DNA from: a bacterium
GTDB lineage: Bacteria > Bacillota_I > Bacilli_A > Izemoplasmatales > UBA1188
NCBI GenBank assembly: GCA_017960565.1
Contig: JAGCYY010000004.1
Span: 1 to 62,393, forward strand
Length of the DNA stretch: 62,393 bases
Reading direction: 5' to 3'
This document shows positions 50,916-60,931 of this stretch, in pieces. The notes beneath the pieces are model-generated. The model was not told the DNA's origin and ran no database searches. It saw only the letters and a program-made list of their open reading frames with translations. Numbering within the stretch: position 1 is the stretch's first letter; each line of letters opens with the position of its first letter. The position numbers and the translations under genes are program-made.

Positions 50916-52025
50916 ATGTCGTTATTCCTTGCGAATGCGTGGGACATTGATAGAACGAATGGTTTTGTCAATTGGTTCTATAGTTCTGAATTTGTCTTTG
51001 GCATTGCCAAATATGCAGTATGTATTTTAATAGGCATCATCTTAGCTTATTTCATCTGCACCAAAGAAGGCAAAAAACTAGGCATTGATCCTGACGATGT
51101 TTTAATATGCGTAACATTTGTCGTGCCTCTATCAATTCTTGGCGCAAGAATTTGGTATCTATTTGGTGATGGAATACCTACTTTTAAAGATTATAATTCT
51201 TCATATGGTTTCTTTACTGCAGTCCTCTACACAATCCTATATACTTTTGGTTATGATCCAGTATCTCATTATTTTGGAGGTCTTGCTGGTCTTGCGATTC
51301 ATGGTGGAGTATTGGTTGCGGCTATTATGTCTATAATTTGTTCAAGATGGAAAAAATGGAAAATATCTATCGTTGGTGACATGGTTGCGCCTGGATTATT
51401 GATCGGCCAAATATGTGGTAGATGGGGTAACTTTTTCAACCAAGAAGCCCATGGTATTGTGATTGGTGGTTGGGAATTAAATGAATCTACTGGTGAACTT
51501 ATTCCAAATCTCACAGTAGAAGAACAATACCTAACAATGACACAAAAATTCCATATTCCAAAATTTATCTCTAATTTTATGTATATGAATGAAGGTGGTA
51601 GATCATATTATTATGGAATTGTCGATGGTGTTCAATCATATGGAAGACTTGAAGGATCAAACTTTTTCCATCCAACATTCCTTTATGAATCTTTATTAAA
51701 TCTGCTTGGTTTAATTATCTATTTCGTTCTTAGAAGATTTAAAAAGACAAGAAGTGGTTTCTTCGCTGGATTCTATCTAATTTGGTATGGCATTGTGAGA
51801 TTCTTTATTGAAATCATCAGAACCGACTCATTATATCTTCCTGGTACAACACTCAAATCAGCTCAAGTCACATCTATTGTGATGATTCTAATAGGCATAT
51901 TGATTCTTGTATATATTTATTTCATCAAAAAGACTGATTATTATACTGAAATCATTGAAAGAGTTAAACGTGAAAATGAAATTTCAATGAACAAAGATGA
52001 TACTCAAGTGATTGATGTAAAGTAG
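50916..52025 (+). CDS. lgt: Prolipoprotein diacylglyceryl transferase
   Basis: GARIWY, GLAIHGG, GRWGNFFNQE, HPTFLYES, RFFIE..R.D. Confidence 0.93.
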   Translation: MSLFLANAWDIDRTNGFVNWFYSSEFVFGIAKYAVCILIGIILAYFICTKEGKKLGIDPDDVLICVTFVVPLSILGARIWYLFGDGIPTFKDYNSSYGFFTAVLYTILYTFGYDPVSHYFGGLAGLAIHGGVLVAAIMSIICSRWKKWKISIVGDMVAPGLLIGQICGRWGNFFNQEAHGIVIGGWELNESTGELIPNLTVEEQYLTMTQKFHIPKFISNFMYMNEGGRSYYYGIVDGVQSYGRLEGSNFFHPTFLYESLLNLLGLIIYFVLRRFKKTRSGFFAGFYLIWYGIVRFFIEIIRTDSLYLPGTTLKSAQVTSIVMILIGILILVYIYFIKKTDYYTEIIERVKRENEISMNKDDTQVIDVK

Positions 52026-52031
52026 GTCACT

Positions 52032-52979
52032 ATGTCTACATTTTCGATGTCACTTAAGGATGAACTTGTATCCTTAAATCAAGATGATAATGAACTTAAA
52101 ATCATGCTTAAAGGGATGCTTCAAGTAAATGCATCTATCAACTTTTCATCAAATGGACTTTATATTGATTTTAAGAGTAAAAACGAATCAGTTGCCTTAA
52201 AAGTTTTTGATCTAATTAAAAAATTCTATTCTTTAGACGCAACTTTTATGAAAACAAAAGAAACAAGGTTAAAAAAAGAAGATATCTTCTATACACGCCT
52301 TGAGCAAAATGCTTATTATGTTTTAGATGATTTAAATGTGATAAGAGCGAAAGAAGATACGAGTTATAATCTCAAAAAAGAACTTACAACTGATAATGAA
52401 AGATTAGCATATATCCGTGGGGCATTTCTTGCCTGTGGTTCAATAAACGATCCTTCAAGCAACACTTATCATTTAGAGATACAAACATTTTCATCAAATG
52501 TTGCATATAATCTAAGAGATCTTATGAATGTTTATTTATTGAACGCTAAAATATCTAAAAATAGAAGAGGATATATTGTATATCTAAAAAGTTCTGAAAA
52601 AATAGGCGATTTTATAAGGATTCTTGGTGCAACCGAAGGTTTATTCAAATTTGAAGATTTTCGAATTGAAAAAGATATTTCAAACTCTATAAATCGAGTA
52701 ATGAATTGTGAAATTGCGAATGAAAAGAAGACACAAGAAGCCGCTAAAAAACAATTAGAAGAAATTGAAGTTGTTTCAAAATATTATGGTGATAGATTAA
52801 AACAATCTTTAAAAGAAGTATGTATCTTAAGAAAAAACCATAAAGAAGAAAGCTTGAATGAATTATCTAATTTTTCGTTTGATGAAATCGGTAAATCTCT
52901 TTCAAAATCAGCTCTAAATCATCGTTTTAGAGAAATACATAATCTCTATTTAGAAATCATAGAAAAAAGGAGTAAATAA
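52032..52979 (+). CDS. whiA: DNA-binding protein WhiA
   Basis: YIRGAFLACGSINDP...YHLE, NRVMNCEIAN, SKSALNHR. Confidence 0.93.
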   Translation: MSTFSMSLKDELVSLNQDDNELKIMLKGMLQVNASINFSSNGLYIDFKSKNESVALKVFDLIKKFYSLDATFMKTKETRLKKEDIFYTRLEQNAYYVLDDLNVIRAKEDTSYNLKKELTTDNERLAYIRGAFLACGSINDPSSNTYHLEIQTFSSNVAYNLRDLMNVYLLNAKISKNRRGYIVYLKSSEKIGDFIRILGATEGLFKFEDFRIEKDISNSINRVMNCEIANEKKTQEAAKKQLEEIEVVSKYYGDRLKQSLKEVCILRKNHKEESLNELSNFSFDEIGKSLSKSALNHRFREIHNLYLEIIEKRSK

Positions 52980-52983
52980 TTTT

Positions 52984-53355
52984 ATGACTAAAAAAGATAA
53001 AACTAAAATTATCATAACCTCAATTCTATTAGCTATTATGGTTGTGGTAGCTCTTGTCTCTCTCATCACTTCAATTGCTTTGTTTGATGTTACAAGTAAA
53101 GAAATTGAGGAAGCAGAAGAAGCAATAGGTTTAATATTTGTGATAATAGTTCTCCTAGCACCACTAATCATTTGTGCTGCTGGACAATTTGTACCTGGAA
53201 TAATAAATATTATTTTATTCATCAATCTTAAAAAACATACTGAAGTTCCTAAAATTAAAACTTATGCCTTAATTGGTGAAATTTCATCAATAGTATTAAC
53301 TTTATTTCCAATTATTCTCTCAATTATCACAATTTTACTGCTTCAAACACAATAA
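52984..53355 (+). CDS. Hypothetical small integral membrane protein
   Basis: Three hydrophobic segments; SD AAGGAG. Confidence 0.65.
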   Translation: MTKKDKTKIIITSILLAIMVVVALVSLITSIALFDVTSKEIEEAEEAIGLIFVIIVLLAPLIICAAGQFVPGIINIILFINLKKHTEVPKIKTYALIGEISSIVLTLFPIILSIITILLLQTQ

Positions 53356-53440
53356 ATTTACAATTTATTACTATCTAAAATAATTATTCTTGAAAAAAAG
53401 CACTAATTACTTTAGAATATATAAAGACGAGGTAATATAT

Positions 53441-54049
53441 ATGGCAAAATACGCACAAGGATATGAGAGAAAAAAATCCGATACAAGAAATCTAATCTTT
53501 TTAGCAGCTGCAATAGTACTTACAATCGCTGTAGCTATCGCAATAGTTGCAATAGTAAATAATGTAAGGGATTATAGTACTCATAATCTAACAGTTGCTC
53601 CTTATACAGAATACGAAATTCCAACAAGCTCATACTCTGCATCAGGCCTTAGAAATGTCGCAAGGTCTGAAAAATCAGATTACAATTATTTTATTTATGT
53701 TTATTCAGCAAACAATGATAATTCCAATTCTAAAGTTATGGAATATATCGACAAATATATTGCATCTAAGGATGAAACTGATAATTCTAAGAAACTTACA
53801 ACTCCAATGTATATCTTAGATTACGACAAATTTGATAATGCTGAACAAGATTCTGAATCTGATGAAGCTAAATACAAAGATGAACTTGCAGGTGCTTTTG
53901 GCCTCGAAGTTATCCCTGGATATCTCATTTTCATGAAAAATGGTGAAGTTACTTCAACACAAAATCAAATTGTCACAAAAGATGTAAATTCTGTAATCCA
54001 AAAATTAATCGATGGTGGAGCACAAGAAATCTTTGATTTCACAAAATAA
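53441..54049 (+). CDS. Membrane-anchored protein, possible thioredoxin-like fold without CxxC
   Basis: SD GAGGT favours ATG 53441; one TM helix; YFIYVYS..., MYILDY, VIPGYLIFMKNGEV pattern. Confidence 0.5.
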   Translation: MAKYAQGYERKKSDTRNLIFLAAAIVLTIAVAIAIVAIVNNVRDYSTHNLTVAPYTEYEIPTSSYSASGLRNVARSEKSDYNYFIYVYSANNDNSNSKVMEYIDKYIASKDETDNSKKLTTPMYILDYDKFDNAEQDSESDEAKYKDELAGAFGLEVIPGYLIFMKNGEVTSTQNQIVTKDVNSVIQKLIDGGAQEIFDFTK

Positions 54050-54056
54050 TTAATTG

Positions 54057-54092
54057 AATATTAAAAAAACCCGACTGGGTTTTTTTAATATT
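54057..54092 (+). terminator. Intrinsic terminator
   Basis: AATATTAAAAAAACCC-GACT-GGGTTTTTTTAATATT. Confidence 0.75.
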
Positions 54093-54107
54093 AATAAGAG
54101 GTAAAAA

Positions 54108-56294
54108 ATGGCAGATTATATCAACGAAGAATTAGTTAAAGAGGTCGCAAGTACCTTAAATATCAAACCTGAACAGGTAACTTCAGTTTTAAATCTACTT
54201 TCTGAAGGCGGAACTATTCCGTTTATTGCAAGATATAGAAAAGAAGTCACTGGTTCTCTTGATGAGGAACAGATACGAGCTATTTCTAAAGAATATGAAT
54301 ATTCTTTGGCCTTAAATAAAAGAAAAGAAGATATCATTAGACTCATCGATGAAAAAGGCATGCTGACAGATGAATTAAGAGAAGAAATAAATAATGCCAC
54401 TAAATTAATTACCTTAGAAGATATCTATAGGCCATTTAAAGAAAAGAAGAAAACAAAAGCGACAGAAGCGATCAAAAACGGTCTTGAACCACTCGCTAAA
54501 CTTATTTTATCTTTTCCAATGGATATTGATATTTTTGATGAAGCAAAAAAATATATCAACGAACAAGTACCAACCGAAGAAAAAGCAATCGAGGGTGCTA
54601 AATATATCATTGCAGAAATCATCAGCGACAACAAGGACTATAGAACTTATATTAGAGAAGATATTCTAAATTATGGTTTCATTTCATCTTCAAAGAAAAA
54701 GAATGCCGTCGATGAGAGAGAAACGTATAAAGATTATTATGAATATAGAGAAAAAATACTCTATCAAAAATCTTTTAGAGTTCTTGCCTTGAATCGTGCT
54801 GAAACAGAAAAGGTAATCACTGTATCAATTGAACCTGATAGAGAAAGACATATAAAATACCTTATAAGAAAAAATATCAAGAAACAAGATTCTCCTGTTT
54901 CATATCTAGTTGAAGAAGCAATCAATGATTCATATGATAGACTCATATTCCCATCAATTGAAAGAGAAGTTAGAAATATTCTAACAGAAAAAGCTGAAGA
55001 TAACGCCATCACTCTTTTCGGTGATAATCTTGAGCATCTCCTTCTTTCTGCCCCACTTAAAGGAATGAATGTTCTTGGTGTTGACCCATCATTTAGGACA
55101 GGGTGTAAGATTGCAGCACTCGATAAGACTGGAAAAGTCCTCGATAAAGATGTAATCTATCAAAATCAAAAATATCCAGATGAAAAAGTCCCTGAATCAA
55201 GAATTCAAGAAGCTGAATTAAAGATTAGAAACTTTGTAAAGAAATATAATATCGATATTATATCTATAGGTAATGGTACAGCATCAAGAGAAACAGAAAA
55301 ATTCATCGCTGACACAATTAGAAAATATGGCTTAACATGTAAATACATTATTACATCAGAAGCTGGTGCCTCTGTTTATTCAGCATCCAAAGTTGCTCAA
55401 GAAGAATTCCCAACATACCATGTTGAAGAAAGAAGCGCAGTTTCTATTGGAAGAAGAATACAAGACCCTCTTGCTGAACTTGTAAAAATTGATCCACAGT
55501 CTATCGGTGTAGGTCAATATCAACATGATGTTACTCAATCAAAACTTAGAGATACACTTGATTTCGTTGTAGAAAAAGCAGTAAACTCAATCGGTGTTAA
55601 TGTAAACACTGCCAGCAAGTCTCTTCTTCAATATGTAGCAGGTTTGAATAAATCTACTGCAGGTACTATTGTAGATTACCGTGAACAAAATGGTGAATTT
55701 AAAAATAGAAAAGAAATAAAGAAGGTTCCTAAAATTGGAGATAAAGCATTTGAACAATGCATTGGTTTTTTAAGAATTCCTGAATCAAACAACCCTCTTG
55801 ATAAAACATCAATTCACCCTGAATCTTATAAAATTGCAGAAGAAATATTAAATTATTTAGGATTTACATCTAAAGATTTAGGTTCTAAAGAATTAGTTCA
55901 AAAAATAGAAAAAACAAATAGAAATGACATTGTCACATCCCTTAGCATCAATCCAATTACGTTAGATGACATTTTAAAAGCTTTTGTGCAACCAACAAGA
56001 GACCCTCGTGATGAACTACCACAACCAATCTTAAAGAGTGATGTCCTTCATCTTGAAGACTTAAAACCAAACATGGAACTTGAAGGAACAGTAAGAAATA
56101 TCACAGATTTTGGAGCTTTTGTAGATTTAGGTGTTAAAGAAAGTGGCTTAATTCATATATCTCAAATGAGTGAAAAGAAAATAAACCATCCTAGTGATGT
56201 TTTAAAAGTAGGCCAAATAGTAAAAACATATGTCATTTCAGTTGATTTAGAAAGAAGACGTATTGCTTTATCTTTATTAAATCCTAATAGATAA
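54108..56294 (+). CDS. tex: Tex family transcription accessory protein
   Basis: TIPFIARYRKE, GNGTASRET, SEAGASVYSAS, QDPLAELVKIDP, C-terminal S1 domain. Confidence 0.96.
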   Translation: MADYINEELVKEVASTLNIKPEQVTSVLNLLSEGGTIPFIARYRKEVTGSLDEEQIRAISKEYEYSLALNKRKEDIIRLIDEKGMLTDELREEINNATKLITLEDIYRPFKEKKKTKATEAIKNGLEPLAKLILSFPMDIDIFDEAKKYINEQVPTEEKAIEGAKYIIAEIISDNKDYRTYIREDILNYGFISSSKKKNAVDERETYKDYYEYREKILYQKSFRVLALNRAETEKVITVSIEPDRERHIKYLIRKNIKKQDSPVSYLVEEAINDSYDRLIFPSIEREVRNILTEKAEDNAITLFGDNLEHLLLSAPLKGMNVLGVDPSFRTGCKIAALDKTGKVLDKDVIYQNQKYPDEKVPESRIQEAELKIRNFVKKYNIDIISIGNGTASRETEKFIADTIRKYGLTCKYIITSEAGASVYSASKVAQEEFPTYHVEERSAVSIGRRIQDPLAELVKIDPQSIGVGQYQHDVTQSKLRDTLDFVVEKAVNSIGVNVNTASKSLLQYVAGLNKSTAGTIVDYREQNGEFKNRKEIKKVPKIGDKAFEQCIGFLRIPESNNPLDKTSIHPESYKIAEEILNYLGFTSKDLGSKELVQKIEKTNRNDIVTSLSINPITLDDILKAFVQPTRDPRDELPQPILKSDVLHLEDLKPNMELEGTVRNITDFGAFVDLGVKESGLIHISQMSEKKINHPSDVLKVGQIVKTYVISVDLERRRIALSLLNPNR

Positions 56295-56325
56295 TTACAT
56301 TGGGAGATTATTTCTCCCAATGTAA
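56295..56325 (+). terminator. Hairpin after tex (terminator-like; weak T tail)
   Basis: TTACATTGGGAGA-TTATT-TCTCCCAATGTAA, 13 bp stem. Confidence 0.65.
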
Positions 56326-56335
56326 AACAATATCC

Positions 56336-56364
56336 TTGCGTTTTTATTATTTATAGTATAAAAT
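56336..56364 (+). promoter_or_regulatory. Promoter of tRNA-Ser
   Basis: TTGCGT, 17 bp spacer, TAAAAT. Confidence 0.65.
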
Positions 56365-56376
56365 AGTTATGCGTTT

Positions 56377-56467
56377 GGAGCAGTACTCAAGTGGTTGAAG
56401 AGGCGCGCTTGCTAAGCGTGTAGATCGGGAAACCGGTGCGGGAGTTCAAACCTCCCCTGCTCCGCCA
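56377..56467 (+). tRNA. tRNA-Ser (anticodon GCT)
   Basis: Acceptor stem GGAGCAG/CTGCTCC plus G-CCA; anticodon arm CGCGC-TTGCTAA-GCGTG; long variable arm; T arm GGGAG-TTCAAAC-CTCCC. Confidence 0.97.
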
Positions 56468-56478
56468 ATTAGACGACT

Positions 56479-56557
56479 ATCACTAGTACTTTGAAGTGAA
56501 CTGAAAAAGTTGGACCAACAACTTTGGAGGTTCACTTCAGATACTGGTGATTTTTTA
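56479..56557. repeat. Long interrupted inverted repeat after the tRNA, with an IS3/IS150-end-like core
   Basis: Nested stems ATCACTAGTA/TACTGGTGAT, TGAAGTGAAC/GTTCACTTCA (56492-56501 and 56530-56539), AAAGTTG/CAACTTT, then a T run. Confidence 0.7.
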
Positions 56558-57013
56558 TTTTTGTTATAGATTTTCAATTTCATAAAACTTGTTTTTTTGA
56601 GTACATTACTTATTTATGATTATTTAAAACAATATAAAAATAGCGACAATTATTGACACATAGATTATGTTATAATCTATTAGATAAAAGATTTGGGAGA
56701 ATAAACTATGAACGATAGAGACAAAATAAGGCTCATCCAAATAGAAGAAGAGGTTAGTAAAAACCAGAAAAAATGACAACAATAATTAAATATTTTGAAA
56801 TTAATGTAATAAGGTATTGATCTCTCTTCACAAAAATAGTCAGTTGAAATTGTGAAGTGGTTGGTATTATTAATTAAATGATATGAGTAAAGACATGGAT
56901 CTATGTATCATATTAAATGCCTAGATTCTTTTATTTGAATGGAGTAAGTTGGTTAATGAAAAAAAACTATTTTCACTTTTTAAATATAAATTTATAAGAA
57001 AGAAGGTTGTAAT

Positions 57014-60000
57014 ATGAAAAGAACTTTAAAAAGAGTTTTAAGTTTGTTTATGCTGATAACTTTAGGCTTTTGTTGCCTAGTTGGATGCTCTTCTAAAAAT
57101 GATGCTAGCTTAGTTGCAACTGATGATGTTCATGGTAATAACGAACTAGTGGAAGTGTTAAGCACAAGCTCAAAAAAACCTGATGGCCAATTCAACAAAG
57201 GGGTTGTATTGGTTAAAACAAATTGTTTTGATGCTTCTATGTTTGGTGAACTTAAATATGAAAGTGTTGAACAGTTATATAAAAACAGCTTATGGTACGA
57301 AGTAGAACTTAGTGATAAAGATGCTACTGAGGATGCTGTATCATATCTTTTAGAATTAGACACTTTTGATAAAGTCGATTATGACTATATAATGGGTTCT
57401 GATGGAACTATTGAATCAATTGATGTTTCTGCAAATCCATATAGTACTGAACAAGGATATTTAGATGCTCAGGGTATTTTTGATGGCTGGGGTTATGCTA
57501 AAGCCGAGAATAAAACAGTTGGTGGAAGCCCTGATGTTGTTGTTGCAATTATTGATACAGGTGTTGACTATAATCATCTTGATTTAAGAAATAACATCTG
57601 GACAAATAGTGGTGAAATTCCAAACAATGGCGTTGATGATGACGGCAACGGATATGTTGATGACTATTATGGGTGGGATTGCGTTGGAAATGATAATGAT
57701 CCAATGGATGATAACGGACACGGAACACATGTTGCTGGTATAGTTGCTGCAGAAAACAATGCCTTTGGTACAGTTGGAGTAGCATTCAATTGCAAGGTAA
57801 TGTGTATCAAAGCCGGTAATTCAACTGGATATTTTAATAACTCTGACATTGCCGAAGCAATACAATATGCTTATATGAACGGTGCGTCAGTAATCAATAT
57901 GTCTTTTGGTGGATCAAATATTTCTACTGCCGTTAAAGATGCGCTTGAAGATGCATATAATCAATGTGTTTTAGTTGCAGCTGCAGGTAATGATAGTTTA
58001 TGCAACAATTTAGCGCATTACCCTTATCATCCTGTAGGAGTTTCATATCCAGCAGCCCTTCCGTATGTATTAGGCGTTATGAGTACAAATTCAACTGGAA
58101 CTGTAATTTCTGCTTTTTCAAATTACGATGACACTCCTTATGATAGCGTTGAATACGAAGTGTATGCTTGTGGAGAACAAGTTCCTTCGACTTGGCCAAA
58201 TAATAAAGTTGCTAGATTGTCTGGTACATCTATGGCGTGCCCTGTTGTTTCTGGTATAGCAGCATTATTAAGAAGCAATTATTCTGATAGAGAAGTTTAT
58301 AGCAATAAGTTTATTCAATCTCAAATAGTTAATACTGGCTCAATTAATCCTTTTGGTGATAGTTGTCATAGTATTGCTAACGTTTACGAAGCTTTAACTA
58401 AAATGCCAAAACCAAGTGTTTCATTATATGATTATTATATTTTTGATAGCGATGAATTTAGTATTAAGAATAATAATAATGGAGTAATAGATGCTGGCGA
58501 GACAATACGCTTAGCTATTGAGTTGAGAAATAGAGGAGGGGTAGCATCAAATGTTGTTGCAACAATAGGCACAACAAGAAACAACGATCCTTCGCTTACA
58601 GATCCTTACTTTGCTATTCAAAAAGGCAGCATTAATTTGCCTAATATTGGTACTTATTCTGTGATTGATTGTGATTTGATTTATGATGATGGCGGAAATC
58701 CAGTAAACTCAGTTTTATATTTCGAATTTGTTGTAGCAGATAATTGCCCCAATGATTATTTAGCAAATTTTAATGTCAATTTTACATATAAAAATGGTAT
58801 GGATGAACAAGATGTTTCTAGTTATTCTAGTAAAGGTGTTGCACAACTGACTATATATAGTGGTAGAGTGCTTCCAACTGTTTTGACCTCAGATACAACT
58901 TTGACTCCAGACACATTATATATTTTAAAACAAAACATGATTATTAATGAAGGTGTAACCTTAACTATTCAACCAGGAGTTACTATTCAATATTATGCTA
59001 GTTCGCATGAAAAGTATACTACTGTTCCTGAATATTTAAGAATTGTTAATAACGGAACAATCGTTTGTGAAGGAACAGAAGATAATCACATTGTATTTAA
59101 ACCTTCTGAACTTTATAGTGGTTATTGCATAGATTTTAACGGAAATGCTAATTTTAAATATTGCGAGTTTTATAATATGTGTTTTGATCAAAATAATACC
59201 TGGTCAAGGCAAAGAATAGGTACAATTTCACTTGACCATTGCTATGTTTCTGACAATTCACAGATGGCTGGATATGGTTTCTTTTGTAATACATTTGGCG
59301 AAGTAAAAAATACAGAGTTTTATTCAATAAACAGGTATTCGATAGAAGCAGAAAGTTTTGAAAACTGTTTGTTCCGTGAATGGGCGGTTGGAGATAATTA
59401 TAGTTGGGGCGGAGATAGATACAGAGGTTTGAAAGCTCGTAGATTTGAAGGCAATGTATTCTATGATACATACCCATATTGGTTAGAAAATGGTCAACCA
59501 GGAGTTGGTCATTATATAAATATTTGCGATTCGGAAAGTGATACAGTTTTTGATAATAATGCATTATTATTTAATACATCAATAACAGATATTAAGTATT
59601 CATTTAGAATTCAAACCACATCAATGTACTCTTCAAAACCAGTTTTGTATTTGAAAAATAATTATATTACAATACCGATGGAAGTAATAAACCAGAATAC
59701 ACTAGATTATACAAACGATGGAGTTAGTTCGATTTTAGATTTCGATACCAATTCATCTAATTATTCATTTGATAATTCATTTCCTTTTGTAAGTAGTATT
59801 GAAATAAAAGATGAAGATGGGAACCAAGTTAATAAAGTAGGAAGTGGAGAATACACAATTGGTCTAACATTCCTAACACCAATGAATATTGAAAAAGAAT
59901 TGTCGGTTTATTATGGATCTGTGTATCCATATTCTGATTATACAGTAATGGGTTCGTTCAAAAATGAATACCTTTGGGAAGGAACAATCAATGTCAAAGC

Positions 60001-60916
60001 ATTCTATGAAGGTGGACAACAATATTTAACAATTAATGGTAGTGCAAATGTAAATGATTCTTATAAAGCGATAAAACACGATAGAACAAATTCGTTTGTT
60101 ATTGACTTGAATAATGCTCTTTCAATGAACCTTCAAGCATATGCTTCTAATACAGGAATCAATCTTGAATGGACACAAGATGACTATGATACGTTGATGG
60201 GTTATAACGTATATCGTTCTACTGAAAAAGATGGTTATTTTACAAAACTAAATAGTGCAGTAATCCCTGCTGGTGAAAATACATTTGTTGATGAGAATGC
60301 TGAACCAGGTGTTACATACTGGTATACATTCACAGTTGTTTTTAGTGATATGACTGAATCGGCTCCTGCTGGAAAAGTTTCTTGTACGGCTGCTGATACG
60401 ATTGCCCCATCTATTTATCACACTCCTGTTAATCAAGGATATTTAAGCAATAATTTGGTTATTTCTTGTACAGCTAGTGATAATATCGGAATTGCAAGTG
60501 TCACTCTTTACTACAAAACTAAAGGTGCTGAAACTTGGAAGACTCTATCAATGTCAAAACAAAATGATAGATATAGTGCAACTGTATTTGGATCTGATTT
60601 GTCATTAGAAGGTTTAGAATATTACATCGTTGCAAGTGATGGATATAATACAATCAATAAAGGAACTGCTGAAAATCCTTATTCAGTTATCGTAAAAGAT
60701 GCATCTAGTATTTCTAGATTAGGTGATGTTGATGGTGATGGTGTTATAACTACTAAAGATGCACTTATGATAATGCAATCAATTAATGGCGATTTATTAT
60801 TGACTGATGATCAATTTAAACGTGCAGACTTAAATAATGATGGTGTTTTATCAAGCGTAGAAGCTTTAAGAATTTTACAATATATAAATGGTAATGTTAG
60901 CACTTTAGAAATGTAA
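57014..60916 (+). CDS. S8 (subtilisin-like) serine peptidase, predicted lipoprotein, with beta-rich stalk, Fn3-like domain and C-terminal dockerin
   Basis: Lipobox LVGC; VAIIDTG, HGTHVAG, AAAGN, GTSMACP; Fn3-like LEW..GYNVYRS..FVD..PGVTYWY; duplicated Ca-binding dockerin loops GDVDGDGVITTKDAL and ADLNNDGVLSSVEAL (from 60722). Confidence 0.9.
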   Translation: MKRTLKRVLSLFMLITLGFCCLVGCSSKNDASLVATDDVHGNNELVEVLSTSSKKPDGQFNKGVVLVKTNCFDASMFGELKYESVEQLYKNSLWYEVELSDKDATEDAVSYLLELDTFDKVDYDYIMGSDGTIESIDVSANPYSTEQGYLDAQGIFDGWGYAKAENKTVGGSPDVVVAIIDTGVDYNHLDLRNNIWTNSGEIPNNGVDDDGNGYVDDYYGWDCVGNDNDPMDDNGHGTHVAGIVAAENNAFGTVGVAFNCKVMCIKAGNSTGYFNNSDIAEAIQYAYMNGASVINMSFGGSNISTAVKDALEDAYNQCVLVAAAGNDSLCNNLAHYPYHPVGVSYPAALPYVLGVMSTNSTGTVISAFSNYDDTPYDSVEYEVYACGEQVPSTWPNNKVARLSGTSMACPVVSGIAALLRSNYSDREVYSNKFIQSQIVNTGSINPFGDSCHSIANVYEALTKMPKPSVSLYDYYIFDSDEFSIKNNNNGVIDAGETIRLAIELRNRGGVASNVVATIGTTRNNDPSLTDPYFAIQKGSINLPNIGTYSVIDCDLIYDDGGNPVNSVLYFEFVVADNCPNDYLANFNVNFTYKNGMDEQDVSSYSSKGVAQLTIYSGRVLPTVLTSDTTLTPDTLYILKQNMIINEGVTLTIQPGVTIQYYASSHEKYTTVPEYLRIVNNGTIVCEGTEDNHIVFKPSELYSGYCIDFNGNANFKYCEFYNMCFDQNNTWSRQRIGTISLDHCYVSDNSQMAGYGFFCNTFGEVKNTEFYSINRYSIEAESFENCLFREWAVGDNYSWGGDRYRGLKARRFEGNVFYDTYPYWLENGQPGVGHYINICDSESDTVFDNNALLFNTSITDIKYSFRIQTTSMYSSKPVLYLKNNYITIPMEVINQNTLDYTNDGVSSILDFDTNSSNYSFDNSFPFVSSIEIKDEDGNQVNKVGSGEYTIGLTFLTPMNIEKELSVYYGSVYPYSDYTVMGSFKNEYLWEGTINVKAFYEGGQQYLTINGSANVNDSYKAIKHDRTNSFVIDLNNALSMNLQAYASNTGINLEWTQDDYDTLMGYNVYRSTEKDGYFTKLNSAVIPAGENTFVDENAEPGVTYWYTFTVVFSDMTESAPAGKVSCTAADTIAPSIYHTPVNQGYLSNNLVISCTASDNIGIASVTLYYKTKGAETWKTLSMSKQNDRYSATVFGSDLSLEGLEYYIVASDGYNTINKGTAENPYSVIVKDASSISRLGDVDGDGVITTKDALMIMQSINGDLLLTDDQFKRADLNNDGVLSSVEALRILQYINGNVSTLEM

Positions 60917-60931
60917 TGAGGAGCTGATATT

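Noticed and set aside
56653-56676. TTGACA/TATAAT consensus promoter pair
   Set aside because: The spacer is only 12 bp, so it was interpreted as an extended -10 promoter instead.
2910-60436. Numerous 60-136 aa ORFs in the track that overlap long genes on the opposite strand or in another frame
   Set aside because: They lie within well-supported genes, lack SD sequences and recognisable motifs, and are expected shadow ORFs.
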